Assembly: GCA_965662235.1 (NCBI GenBank)
Contig: CBFIGY010000002.1
Location: 192,001-256,000, forward strand
Length of the DNA stretch: 64,000 bases
Direction: 5' to 3'
From: an uncultured bacterium
Lineage (GTDB): Bacteria; SAR324; NAC60-12
Positions 7,728-17,650 of the stretch are shown here, in pieces. Position 1 is the first letter of the stretch; each line of letters starts with the position of its first letter. The position numbers and the translations under genes were made by a program. The notes beneath the pieces were generated by a model. The model was not told the DNA's origin and did not search any database. It saw only the letters and a list, made by a program, of their open reading frames with translations.

Positions 7728-9332
7728 TCACGAGCGGACCACCGTTTGAGGGGAAACTCCAATCTCCCGGAGTTTGGCTTTTTGCACCTTGCTGGTCGGA
7801 GTTTTGGGCAAAGCCTCCACCCACTCCAGAAAACGGGGCTGCATGAAGCGCGGCAGGTGCTGCTCACAGTACGCCCAGATCGCGTCTGCAGAGGGCGGTC
7901 CCCCAGGTTGGGGCACAAGCACCAGCTTGATTTCATCTTCGCCTCCCCGGATGGAGTCCGGCACTGCGATGGCAGCAACCTCTGCAACCGCTGGATGTTC
8001 CAACAGAACCGATTCCAGCTCATAGGAAGAAATGTTCTCTCCTCGCCGGCGAATGCAGTCCTTGATGCGGTCCCGGAAGTAAAAGTACCCCTCGGCATCG
8101 CACTGTCCGGCATCACCGGTGTGAAACCAGAAGTTCCGCCACGCCTCCACGGTCTTGTCCGGAAGCGCATGGTATCCGGCCATGAAACCATAGGGCTGCT
8201 TGGGCCGGACGCAGATTTCCCCAATTTCCCCAGCAGGGACGGGTTCATCGGTTTCCGGGTGCAAAATGGTCACGTCAAAGTACGCGTCCCAAGGCTTCCC
8301 GCAGCTTCCCGGACGTGGAGCGTCCAAGGGGCTGTAGAGCGGAATGTTGACCTCGGTCATGCCATAAAGCTCCACCACATGCGGCACCCCGAAGCGCTGT
8401 CGAAACGGCTCAACCTGTTCCGCAGGCAACGGAGCCGAGGTGAGCACCCGCAACACGTGGTCCTGATCGTCCTTGGAAGGCGGCTGGCGGAGGATGAATT
8501 CCACCATGACGCCCAAGGCGTTTGAGACCGTACACTGGTGTTGGCGGACGTCTGAGAGCCAAGCGGAGGCGCTGAAGCGTTCCCGAATGACCGCGGTTGC
8601 GCCTCGGATCAGCACGGCATACACCTGCATGAACAGGGCATTGGCGTGGAACAGAGGCAGACAGACGTAGTAGCGGTCGTCTTCCTGAAGCCTCAGGTTC
8701 TCAATGGTCCCCAGCCCAAACAGATAGGTGTGGGCGTGAGGCATCAGCACTCCTTTAGACGGTCCAGTGGTCCCCGAGGTATAAAGGATCGACGCCAGGT
8801 CACGGTAGGTCACCGCAGCGACTTCTCCGTCTGGAGGTCCTGCCATCAGCGTGGAAAACGCCTGCCAGGGCTTCTTCAGGTCCGGAGGTCCAGCTCGGGG
8901 GGCCGTTTCCGGAGCAGTGGGTTCCGTCAGAACCACCCACTCCAGATGAGGCAAGGTGTCAGAAATTTCGTTTAGCTTGTCCAAGAACTCGGGAGGCATC
9001 ACCAGCACCTTGGCCTGACTGTCTGCCAGGACGTGCCGCAGGAAGCTCCCTTGGTATTCGAGATTGACCGCCACATGAACGGCGCCCCGGTAACTGCACC
9101 CCAACCAAGTCAACAGGTGGGAGCGGTTGTTGGGAAGCCACACCGCAACGCGGTCTCCGAAACCGACGCCCAAGCGCTTCAGGCCTGTTGCGACCTGATG
9201 TGCCTGTGCGTCCGCCTCCGAGTAAGTGAGAGCAGAGCCTGTCAAAAACTGAACCCACGTCTGGTCTGGACGTTCCTGAGCCTGACGTTTCAGTTGGCGC
9301 GTGAGCACCCAAGTTTCGACAGAGCCATCCAT
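7728..9332 (-). CDS. AMP-binding acyl-CoA ligase (CaiC-like crotonobetaine/carnitine-CoA ligase family)
   Basis: YTSGTTGPSKG, YGMTE, WFHTGD, RRRGENISS, LPKTPTSKVQK. Start placed at ATG 9332. Confidence 0.9.
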   Translation of the reverse strand: MDGSVETWVLTRQLKRQAQERPDQTWVQFLTGSALTYSEADAQAHQVATGLKRLGVGFGDRVAVWLPNNRSHLLTWLGCSYRGAVHVAVNLEYQGSFLRHVLADSQAKVLVMPPEFLDKLNEISDTLPHLEWVVLTEPTAPETAPRAGPPDLKKPWQAFSTLMAGPPDGEVAAVTYRDLASILYTSGTTGPSKGVLMPHAHTYLFGLGTIENLRLQEDDRYYVCLPLFHANALFMQVYAVLIRGATAVIRERFSASAWLSDVRQHQCTVSNALGVMVEFILRQPPSKDDQDHVLRVLTSAPLPAEQVEPFRQRFGVPHVVELYGMTEVNIPLYSPLDAPRPGSCGKPWDAYFDVTILHPETDEPVPAGEIGEICVRPKQPYGFMAGYHALPDKTVEAWRNFWFHTGDAGQCDAEGYFYFRDRIKDCIRRRGENISSYELESVLLEHPAVAEVAAIAVPDSIRGGEDEIKLVLVPQPGGPPSADAIWAYCEQHLPRFMQPRFLEWVEALPKTPTSKVQKAKLREIGVSPQTVVRS

Positions 9333-9634
9333 GCTCTTCCCCGGCTTGGGATTGTGAGCGCCTGTCCCCTCATCGCGCACTGACGAGAGGACAGACGACT
9401 CCCTGGAAAAATGCACCCCACATTTTTCCTAAAAATAAGATCTACCTGACAAATTGGGCAGAGGTTCAGTGCGAAAAGCCCGCTTGAGTGACTTTTCCTA
9501 CGGAAACTCCGCATTTTGGCTGAAGGGCTCCTCCGGATGCTTGTGGGGAGTCCATTGTCGGGTTCCTCAGAAATGCCTGAGGCGGCGGCTAGGGAGTCAG
9601 GAAGAGAGAGCTCCTCCTGACTTCCGAATGAGAC

Positions 9635-10078
9635 TTAGCCTTGAGCGCGGAAGGTTCCTCGCTCAGCGGCGGCCTGAACTGCGGCACGCTGCTTCTGGGC
9701 CGTATTCTGCTGACGCAGTTGGTTCCAGCCCTGGCGCAGGGTTTCTGCGACCTTGATGAGTTCTCGAATGACCTCCGGATCCTTGCGGAGGTTGGCTTCG
9801 ACAATGCGGCGGAACATGTAGAGGTAGAGCTCTCTCAGGTTCTTGCCGATTTCACCCGTGTTCTCCACCCGGAGGGTCGAGAGCAACTCGTTCACAATGT
9901 CTTTGCTCCGCATGAGGTAGTTGTGCGTGCCTTCGATGTCGTTGGCTTCTGCACGAGACTCCGCCTTGCGAAGAAAACGGACCATGCCGTCATACAGCAT
10001 GATGATCAGGGTGAGCTGATCGGATGTCTGGACGTTCGTTTGATAGTACGCCCGATAAGACTGGTTTGGGGTGCGCAT
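9635..10078 (-). CDS. fliS: Flagellar export chaperone FliS (copy 2)
   Basis: AYYQTNVQT, LIIMLYDG, GEIGKNLRELYLYM, LRQGW. Confidence 0.9.
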   Translation of the reverse strand: MRTPNQSYRAYYQTNVQTSDQLTLIIMLYDGMVRFLRKAESRAEANDIEGTHNYLMRSKDIVNELLSTLRVENTGEIGKNLRELYLYMFRRIVEANLRKDPEVIRELIKVAETLRQGWNQLRQQNTAQKQRAAVQAAAERGTFRAQG

Positions 10079-10092
10079 TAATCCCTCCTGGA

Positions 10093-10548
10093 TTACCCTC
10101 TTAGATTGAGACGTTTGTCAACAGACGCGCTGGGTGTAGGACGAACGGAGGCCTTGCCGGGGGTGGCGGCTTTTTGTGGCGTTCCGATATGGACCCACGC
10201 TTCGCGCAGCTCCTTGAGCAGACCAAGAACCACCTTGGCCGGCTCCGGATTCTTGTGCACATTGGCTTCAATGAGCTGACTGAACATAAAGCTGTAGAGG
10301 CTTTGGAGGTTCTTGGCAATCTCGCCCCCTTTTTCAAGGTTCAGAGAGGACATCAGCTCAGCCACAATGTTCTTGGCCTTGACCAGGGCATTGTGTGTGC
10401 GTTCGATTTCCTTTTTTTGAATAGACTCAATAGCGAACGCAGTGTTCTTGATTGCTCCGTCATAGAGCATGATGATCAGCTTGTTCTGATCGAGCGTGTT
10501 GACCGCTGCACGTTTGTAGGCGCTTTGATAACCGCTGTACGGATTCAT
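10093..10548 (-). CDS. fliS: Flagellar export chaperone FliS (copy 1)
   Basis: AYKRAAVNT, LIIMLYDGAI, GGEIAKNLQSLYSFM, LREAW. Confidence 0.92.
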   Translation of the reverse strand: MNPYSGYQSAYKRAAVNTLDQNKLIIMLYDGAIKNTAFAIESIQKKEIERTHNALVKAKNIVAELMSSLNLEKGGEIAKNLQSLYSFMFSQLIEANVHKNPEPAKVVLGLLKELREAWVHIGTPQKAATPGKASVRPTPSASVDKRLNLRG

Positions 10549-10592
10549 GAACTTCTCTTCGCTGAGTTACAAAAAAGGGTTACTCACCTAGG

Positions 10593-13500
10593 TCAACCAT
10601 CCTTCTTCTGGCCGCCTCCGCCCATGGCGGAAAGCTGCTGGCTGACGTAGCTTTGCTGGGACCGAAGGCGTCCCATTGTACTGTCGAGCTTGGCAAACTT
10701 GAGCTGAAGCTGCTGATGCTTCGAGTCAATGCGCTCGTTCATGCGTTTGAGCTGCTCATCGTAGCTGCTCATCTGTTCACTCAGGTCCTGGGTGACCTTC
10801 TTGTACTTGCCGTCCACCGGACTATTGATCTCGTCCAGCTTCTCCTGAAGCTTCACCGCCACGCCCTTGGTGACCGTGACACTGGCTTCCGGACCGTCCT
10901 TGAGGTCCTTATCGTTGAGGGTCACATAAACCCGCAACCCGTCTGAGTTGGCTCCGTCTGGGCCAAGCAGCAGCTGACCCCGTCCAGGCGCCTCAACACC
11001 GTCGATGGTGCCCTGCACGTCCTGACCGTTTGTCTGAGTGGCAGAAGAAAGCCCCAGAGCGTCCAGGTTCTTGTCTTCTCCGGGCTCCACTTCAACAGAC
11101 GAGTTCTTCCCGTATGAGCCCGACACGAATCGCAGGCCTCCTTGGTAGGATTCAACCTGAATCCCACGGCGCCCCAGCACCTTGTCCTCATTGAGGAGCT
11201 TCTGAATCGACTTTGCCAGGCTGGAGACGGTGTAAACGTCCTTGCGCAGCTCAATCGGGTCGGAAGCCCGACCATTGTTTCGGACGACCAGCACGTTGTT
11301 CGTGTCATCAATCCGCACCATTCCTCCGGGAATGGCTTCTCCCAGCAGCGTGCCTTTCTTGGCCACCTGTGTGACGTCGACCTTGTACCCTTCCGGGCTG
11401 ATCTGCGTCTTGTCTCCTAGGCCCACAAAAGAGACGCCGGGGTTGTCAGACTCGCCGTTGCTGCGGAACAGGTTCGCAACGGACACAAAGTCGTTCTCAA
11501 TCTTCTCACTCAGCTTTTTGTCATCCAACGACATGATGCCCTTGTCGTTGATGCGCAGCCCAATGGAGAAGAGCATGTTGGTCGCCGGAGGCAACCCCGC
11601 CACCGTCGCAATCGTCGTGGTGGCAATCTCGTTGGTCATCTGCGTCAGGTTGCGATCACTCAACAGCGGTGCTGCTGTGTTGGTCGCCTTGTCGAACTTG
11701 GACACCTCCTTTGCCGTTGCTTGGTAGGTGTTGTACGCGTCCACAAAGTCCTGAACCCGCTCACGAGCCTTATCCGTGTCGCCAATCACCGAAACGGTCA
11801 CCAGCTCCTTGCTCGGAGAGAGGAACTCCAGATCAAGGCCCGGAATGATGTCGTTGGCCTTGTTCTCGGAACGTCGAACCTCCAAACCGCCTCCCTGGTC
11901 AGAAGCGCCGAGGCGCAGCACCAAGTCCTTTGCCTGCCTCACCGTCGAGGTGTAGGTCCGGATCTGGAAGCTGTCTCCTTCGTACAGATCCCCTGGTCCC
12001 AAAGCGACGTTCAGGCCACTGTCAAAGGGAACAGCAGTTCCCGGGCGGTAGCCTTCGCCCATGTTGATGACCCCTTTGTTGCCCTGGTCATCTTCCCAGT
12101 CCACCAGCAGGGCTCGGGTGATGCCAACACCCCCGCGACGTCGCACCGAGAAGGTGTACGTCTTGGCCAGGTCTTGGTCATACGATCCGGTCACGCGGAT
12201 CTCTGCGGTGCTGACGTTGCCTCCGTATTCCGGAAGCGCGTCTTCCACCTTGGGCCGGTTCGCATCGCGAACCTCAGGCTCAAGGTCTTCGTAGGCTTGC
12301 CACTCGGCAACCTCGTTCACCTTGCCGGTCACGCCTCGGACCTCGTCGGGCAACCACCACCAGCTTTCCGAGGTGGGCGCCGTCAGGTCCACTTCAGCGG
12401 TGTCGCCATCCTGCAGAACGCCAGGTGGGACTTCCACAAACAGTCCGTTGCCAATGGGCAGGGACGTTGGCGTGGCCTTCGGTTCTTCGCCGTTGAACTT
12501 CAGGTCAAACAGCTCTTCCCCGTCTTTGGCGTCATAAGCCGTCGCCGTTGCCGGATCGCGTTGATCCGCCGATTCCGACTGGTACGGGTAGCTGAGGCTC
12601 AGCTCACCGGTTTCGCCGGTTTCGGTAAACTCATAGTGCAGCACCAGCGGAGTCTTTCCTCCCACCTGACCGCTGCCTTGAATGCGGAAGAGGACCTGCT
12701 GGTCGTCTTCGCCTTCATACTGACCGGTCACCCGAATCCCGCCCTTTTCCCCCTTGAGGCCCCAGTCGCTGGGAGGGTACACCTTGGAGGCACGGTCGGT
12801 GTCACTGAGCCACCAGAGCATGTCTGAACGGGCGGCTCGGGCCTTGACCTTGAAGCTGTCGCCACTGACGATTTCTCCGTCACTGAAGCGCAGCTGAACG
12901 CCATCAACCACTTCCACCGGAGTTCCTGGGGAGTAGTTGTACTCGTTGATCTCAATCTGCCCCTCTCGGCCCAGGTTATCGGACCAGCCGAGCACCACGC
13001 CTTCCGGAGAGGGAATCACTCCTGACTTGAGCACCCGAAAGGTCAGGTCCAAGTCCTCTTCACCGGTGTAGTTTCCGGTCGAATCAATGATGGGAGTCGA
13101 AGCTCCCGCGCCGCCCCGTTCGATGACTTTCGGAGGAGCGACCTCCAAGCCCGTCCAGTCCGCCGTTTCGTCGTGGCGGTTCCGGAAGTCGGGCGAGTTG
13201 TCCGCGCCTTGAAGGTTGACGGTCATGTTGATCCGCCCCTCTTCCCCAGTCCGTTTGCTGGTCAGCAGCAGCCGGTAGGGTTGATCTCCGTGGGTCTTGG
13301 CAATGAACGCCTCCACCTCGGCTTCTGATTCGTTGATGGTCCGGCGCAGGCCCTCCAACGTGTTGTTGTCACCGTCAATGGTCAGCGTCACGGGAGAGTC
13401 CTCCTCGTTGTTACCCACCTTGATGCTCACGGTGCCCGTGCCAATGCGTTCGTCTTCCGAGTCAAACCCCTGAGACGCAATCTGGTGCGACAGGGCAACG

Positions 13501-13814
13501 GAATCGACCGCGATGACGGTCTTGCCAGGCTTTGCATCCCGGCGGGCGCGGGCCACCACCACTTCTGGGTGACTGGACTCGACGCTACGAGCCTCCCAGA
13601 TTTCGGTACTGTCCAGCGAGGTGACGACATCCTGCAGCTTGTCGAGCTCCGCTTTGACGATGCTCCAGGACTCTATCTCCTTGAGCTTCTCCTCCTTGCG
13701 TTGCTGGATGGGCTCAAGTTTCCGTTTTTCAATTTTGACGAAGCGGTCAACGATCTCCTGGGTGTTCATCTTGGAACCCAGGCCGGTTACCGCATTCGGA
13801 TTCATTTCCGCCAA
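10593..13814 (-). CDS. fliD: Flagellar filament cap FliD, unusually large (1073 aa)
   Basis: FliD N-terminus (TGLGSKMNTQEIVDRFVKIE), FVDAYN motif, C-terminal LQLKFAKLDSTMGRLRSQQSYV. Lies between the flagellin and fliS. Confidence 0.92.
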   Translation of the reverse strand: MAEMNPNAVTGLGSKMNTQEIVDRFVKIEKRKLEPIQQRKEEKLKEIESWSIVKAELDKLQDVVTSLDSTEIWEARSVESSHPEVVVARARRDAKPGKTVIAVDSVALSHQIASQGFDSEDERIGTGTVSIKVGNNEEDSPVTLTIDGDNNTLEGLRRTINESEAEVEAFIAKTHGDQPYRLLLTSKRTGEEGRINMTVNLQGADNSPDFRNRHDETADWTGLEVAPPKVIERGGAGASTPIIDSTGNYTGEEDLDLTFRVLKSGVIPSPEGVVLGWSDNLGREGQIEINEYNYSPGTPVEVVDGVQLRFSDGEIVSGDSFKVKARAARSDMLWWLSDTDRASKVYPPSDWGLKGEKGGIRVTGQYEGEDDQQVLFRIQGSGQVGGKTPLVLHYEFTETGETGELSLSYPYQSESADQRDPATATAYDAKDGEELFDLKFNGEEPKATPTSLPIGNGLFVEVPPGVLQDGDTAEVDLTAPTSESWWWLPDEVRGVTGKVNEVAEWQAYEDLEPEVRDANRPKVEDALPEYGGNVSTAEIRVTGSYDQDLAKTYTFSVRRRGGVGITRALLVDWEDDQGNKGVINMGEGYRPGTAVPFDSGLNVALGPGDLYEGDSFQIRTYTSTVRQAKDLVLRLGASDQGGGLEVRRSENKANDIIPGLDLEFLSPSKELVTVSVIGDTDKARERVQDFVDAYNTYQATAKEVSKFDKATNTAAPLLSDRNLTQMTNEIATTTIATVAGLPPATNMLFSIGLRINDKGIMSLDDKKLSEKIENDFVSVANLFRSNGESDNPGVSFVGLGDKTQISPEGYKVDVTQVAKKGTLLGEAIPGGMVRIDDTNNVLVVRNNGRASDPIELRKDVYTVSSLAKSIQKLLNEDKVLGRRGIQVESYQGGLRFVSGSYGKNSSVEVEPGEDKNLDALGLSSATQTNGQDVQGTIDGVEAPGRGQLLLGPDGANSDGLRVYVTLNDKDLKDGPEASVTVTKGVAVKLQEKLDEINSPVDGKYKKVTQDLSEQMSSYDEQLKRMNERIDSKHQQLQLKFAKLDSTMGRLRSQQSYVSQQLSAMGGGGQKKDG

Positions 13815-13970
13815 GGCAGATTTCGCTTCTCAGACGTGCAAGTTTGCCGCTACCTAGGAAGAAATTTCCTCAGGAGCTTAAACGCAAACCTCTGAAATAA
13901 TTGACCATCCTCAAAACCGCCCAAAAGACGGAGAGGGGGCACTCAGAGGCTTCAAGAAGCGTTCCAGCGC

Positions 13971-15728
13971 TTAGTTGCCCACGTTCAGCAGTTGCAGGAC
14001 GGAGCGAGGCACCTGGTTGGCCTGGGCCAGCATGGCGGTGCCTGAGGAGAGCAGGATCTGGTTCTTGACCAGGTGGCTCATCTCTTCAGCCATGTCGGTG
14101 TCAGCCAGCTGCGACTCGGAGGACGTCAGGTTCTCGCGAGCCACCCGAAGGTTGTTGAGGTTGGTTTCCAGAGAGTTCTTCTGGAAGGACCCCAGCCGAC
14201 CGCGCAGCGAGGAAACGTCTCCAATGGCCGAGTCGACGACCAAGAGGGCATCCTGTGCCAGGTCAGCGCCTCGGACGTCAATGTCTGCCAGGCTGCGGAA
14301 GCCACTTCCGTTTTCCACGTTGGTGGCCAAAAACTCCGGATTGATGCTCCGGACCGAAATCTTTCCCTGCTGGCCGTAGTTCGGGCCAATTTGGAAGTTC
14401 AGGGAGTTCTGAGTGACGTGGACGTAGCCGTCAACGGGTTCTCCGACAAGGAGGTCGTTTCCGTTTTCCTGCTTGAAGAGTCCGGCCACGCGGTTGTCAA
14501 TGCGGTTGAAGACTTCGTAGATGACATCGTCCGTCGTGTTCGAGTACCGGACCATGACGCCTTCTGCCGGAGTGCCGGGGGCGCCGGTGAGGTACTGTCC
14601 CTCTCCAAGAGCTGGCTCGCCGATGCCCGTTTCCGGGTTGCCTCCGATTGAGCCTTCCACGTCCCGTCCGGGAATGGAGAAGATCGCTTCGTTGGCAGGC
14701 GTGTCTTCTTCAAAGAAGTAGTCTAGGGTCGTGGAGACCGTGAAGTTGGGCGCACTGCCGAAGTCTCGGTGGCGGATGACGATCACTTCCTCATCCCCAA
14801 CCAGGTCCTTGATCTCACCCGGATAGTCCGCCAGCTTCCGCAGGGCATCATCCAGCGTGTTGAAATCAGAGATGTACTGTCCCAACTGTTCGGAGGGGCG
14901 GTACACCATCACTTCGACGTTCATACCGGCATCATCCACCTGACGCTGCATCTCGCTGGCAATGAGCTGCTGCACAGCACGCTCAGCGCGGTAGATGGAG
15001 TCTGGGGATCCATCTCGCAGAGCCGCACTGGCCAGCTTTTCGATCTGGCTGTTCAGCTCCTTGTTCTTGTTGAGGTCAATGCCAACGGTCCGCTTTCCTT
15101 CATTGATGACGAAGGACACCACCTTGTTGGGGTCTGAGGAGACCACATCTTCTAGGTGCAGGGAACGGGTAGCGACCAGGAAGGAGCGGGTGGCCACTTG
15201 TGTGATGTCCACCTTGTAACCTTCTGCCGGAGACGACTTGCTGGCCTCGGTGGCGCTGATGAAGTCGAGCCCGTTTCCGACCGCAACTCCGGTAGCAGCA
15301 TTGCTGCCGTCCAGAAGCGTCTGGGTGCCGAACTGCGTGTTCTTGGCAATGTTCCGGATGGTCGAGAGCAGGTTCTCAATCTCAATCTGGTCGGCCTCCA
15401 GCATCTTCTCATCGTTGGCTCCTTCGTTTGCCGCATGAACAGCGAGCTGACGGAGGTTGATGAGGATGTTGCTGACCTCGCTGAGGGCGCTTTCCGTGGT
15501 CTGGATCATGGAGATGGAGGTCTCCGAGTTCTGGACCGCTTGCCCCAGGGATTCGATCTGCGACTTCATCTGTTCAGAGATCACCAGAGACGCCGGTCCG
15601 TCAGAGGCTCGATTCAAGCGTCGTCCAGAGGAGAGCCGCTCCAGATTGCCCGTCAGTTCGCGCTCGGTGCGGTTCAGTTGCCGCAGAGCGTTGAGGGCTG
15701 CTATGTTGGAGTTGACCCGAAGTGCCAT
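13971..15728 (-). CDS. fliC: Flagellin, long form (585 aa)
   Basis: MALRVNSNIAALNA...LERLSSG; C-terminal DTDMAEEM...QANQVPRSVLQLL. Confidence 0.95.
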   Translation of the reverse strand: MALRVNSNIAALNALRQLNRTERELTGNLERLSSGRRLNRASDGPASLVISEQMKSQIESLGQAVQNSETSISMIQTTESALSEVSNILINLRQLAVHAANEGANDEKMLEADQIEIENLLSTIRNIAKNTQFGTQTLLDGSNAATGVAVGNGLDFISATEASKSSPAEGYKVDITQVATRSFLVATRSLHLEDVVSSDPNKVVSFVINEGKRTVGIDLNKNKELNSQIEKLASAALRDGSPDSIYRAERAVQQLIASEMQRQVDDAGMNVEVMVYRPSEQLGQYISDFNTLDDALRKLADYPGEIKDLVGDEEVIVIRHRDFGSAPNFTVSTTLDYFFEEDTPANEAIFSIPGRDVEGSIGGNPETGIGEPALGEGQYLTGAPGTPAEGVMVRYSNTTDDVIYEVFNRIDNRVAGLFKQENGNDLLVGEPVDGYVHVTQNSLNFQIGPNYGQQGKISVRSINPEFLATNVENGSGFRSLADIDVRGADLAQDALLVVDSAIGDVSSLRGRLGSFQKNSLETNLNNLRVARENLTSSESQLADTDMAEEMSHLVKNQILLSSGTAMLAQANQVPRSVLQLLNVGN

Positions 15729-15768
15729 TGGTGGTTCCGAGAGTTGAAGTTAACTGTTCCTGAATGCC

Positions 15769-15795
15769 TTATCGGCAACGGGGCAGAATTCTTTA
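15769..15795 (-). promoter_or_regulatory. Sigma-28 (FliA) promoter
   Basis: Exact TAAA-N15-GCCGATAA, about 40 bp upstream of the flagellin ATG. Confidence 0.9.
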
Positions 15796-15901
15796 GCAAC
15801 AAGATGATTTTTTTTCATCTGGCCGCTGGAGCCTTCTGCTGCACCGCGACTTGTGTTCCTTATCGGATGCTCCGCCCAAGACTTTAACAAAAAAATGCAT
15901 C

Positions 15902-16960
15902 ATGCCTCCTGAACCCCTCTCTGACTTTCAGCAGCAGCTCCTTTCCTGGTTCGCGGAGCACCAGCGCGACCTCCCGTGGCGGCAGGGATACGACCCCTAT
16001 GGCGTCTGGGTGTCGGAGGTGATGCTGCAGCAAACGCAGGTCAAGACGGTGCTGCCGTATTATCAACGGTGGATGGCACGGCTTCCGCGGCTGCAGGACC
16101 TAGCCACGATTCCCGAATCGGAACTGATGGGGCTTTGGGAAGGACTGGGGTACTACTCGCGGGTCCGGAACCTCCAGAAGGCGGCACAGGTCGTCTGTGA
16201 ACAGCACCAGGGACAGGTCCCAGATACGGTGGAGGCGCTCCTGAAGCTGCCTGGAGTGGGACGCTACACCGCCGGAGCGATTGCGAGCATTGCCTATAAC
16301 AAGGATGCGCCGCTGGTGGATGGAAATGTCATTCGGGTATTCTGCCGTTTGGAGGCGTGGGAGGCCCCCGTCAACGATCGGGTGCAGCAGGAGCAGATCT
16401 GGAGCCGGGCGGAGGCGACCCTTCCGTCTGGACGGGCCCGGGAATTCAACCAGGCTCTAATGGAGTTGGGAGCACTGGTGTGTACGCCCCAAAACCCGAG
16501 CTGCCTCCTCTGTCCGGTGCAGGCGCACTGTGCCGCCCACCAGCAGGGACGCGTCCATGAGCTGCCCCGTCCCAAGCCCCGTCAGGCTCCCACAGAGGTC
16601 GAAAAGGCGGTGGCGCTGGTGCAAACGGAGCAGGGCCTGCTGGTCCGGTTCCGGGCAGAGGCGAAGCTCATGCAGGGCCTGTGGGAGGTTCCAACCGTGG
16701 AGGTGCCTGCGGAGGAAGACGGCCCCACAGTGCTGGAGCATTGGCTGAGGCAGGAGTTGGGCGGCACGTGGACTGTAGGGCCAGAGGAGCAGCGCTTGAC
16801 GCATCGCTACACGCGCTTCAAGGCGACCCTGCACTGCTACCGTGTGGAACCCGGAGCCGCAGTTCCCCTTCCGGAACACTGGGCCTGGCTGACAGCAGAG
16901 ACCGCAGACGCCTTTGCCCTGCCAACGGTTTTCCGGAAGCTCGTTTCTACGCTTTTCTGA
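15902..16960 (+). CDS. mutY: A/G-specific adenine glycosylase MutY
   Basis: RDLPWR, VSEVMLQQT, WEGLGYYSR, LPGVGRYTAGAI, VDGNV, 4Fe-4S motif CTPQNPSCLLCPVQAHC. Confidence 0.95.
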   Translation: MPPEPLSDFQQQLLSWFAEHQRDLPWRQGYDPYGVWVSEVMLQQTQVKTVLPYYQRWMARLPRLQDLATIPESELMGLWEGLGYYSRVRNLQKAAQVVCEQHQGQVPDTVEALLKLPGVGRYTAGAIASIAYNKDAPLVDGNVIRVFCRLEAWEAPVNDRVQQEQIWSRAEATLPSGRAREFNQALMELGALVCTPQNPSCLLCPVQAHCAAHQQGRVHELPRPKPRQAPTEVEKAVALVQTEQGLLVRFRAEAKLMQGLWEVPTVEVPAEEDGPTVLEHWLRQELGGTWTVGPEEQRLTHRYTRFKATLHCYRVEPGAAVPLPEHWAWLTAETADAFALPTVFRKLVSTLF

Positions 16961-17051
16961 CGTTTTTTCTTGCTTTTCCCCAGCGTCCATGGATTCATGA
17001 AGGACCGCCATCCCGGCGGGGATCCTTCAAAACACCAGTAAGGAGTGGCTA

Positions 17052-17336
17052 ATGAAGAAACTCGCTTGTGTATTCGTAGGGGGACTGATGCTTGCCGGAA
17101 CCGCTTGGGCCGGCTGCTCGGGACACTCAAACCTGACCATGGCCAAGATGTCCAAGGGGCAGGATGTGATTGTGGTTGTGGAAGTCAACGGCATGCAGTT
17201 GGAAGAAGTCCGAGGCACCTCGGAGACGCCGATCTACAACGTCAAGAGCACCATGGGACAGGTCGTGGCAAAGGAGATCACCAAAGATCAACTCTCCACC
17301 CAGTTCCCAGAACTCCACAAGGCCCTCGCCGGCTAA
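17052..17336 (+). CDS. Small exported protein, possibly a lipoprotein
   Basis: AAGGAG RBS, signal peptide ending AWAGC. Confidence 0.7.
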   Translation: MKKLACVFVGGLMLAGTAWAGCSGHSNLTMAKMSKGQDVIVVVEVNGMQLEEVRGTSETPIYNVKSTMGQVVAKEITKDQLSTQFPELHKALAG

Positions 17337-17343
17337 GACCCGA

Positions 17344-17364
17344 AGCGCCCGGATCCCGGGCGCT
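17344..17364. terminator. GC-rich hairpin between convergent genes
   Basis: AGCGCCCGG-ATC-CCGGGCGCT. Confidence 0.55.
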
Positions 17365-17387
17365 CTCGACCCCACCTTGCTTCTTCC

Positions 17388-17621
17388 TTAAACGAATTCC
17401 CCATCCAACTCCGCTTCCCAGTCGGAGTCTTCTAGGTTCAGAACGCCGCCGCCCAGATTGACACGCCGTCGTGTGTCTTCCGAGTTGGTCGGGTTCAGTC
17501 GCGTGATGGTTCCTCCTCGCTGAAGGAACTCAGCCACGGCTTCGTCAAGTTCATTGCGGGTGATTTCGGGCTCGCGTTGCTGGACACGAGCAAACTGAGG
17601 ACTGGTTGGTAGTGGTTTCAC
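17388..17621 (-). CDS. Small protein with a SutA-like RNA polymerase-binding motif
   Basis: ELDEAVAEFLQRGGTITRL resembles the SutA core. Acidic tail. GTG start at 17621 chosen because it lies downstream of the promoter. Confidence 0.6.
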   Translation of the reverse strand: MKPLPTSPQFARVQQREPEITRNELDEAVAEFLQRGGTITRLNPTNSEDTRRRVNLGGGVLNLEDSDWEAELDGEFV

Positions 17622-17650
17622 AAGAAGGCCTTGATTGAGGAAAACCAAAA

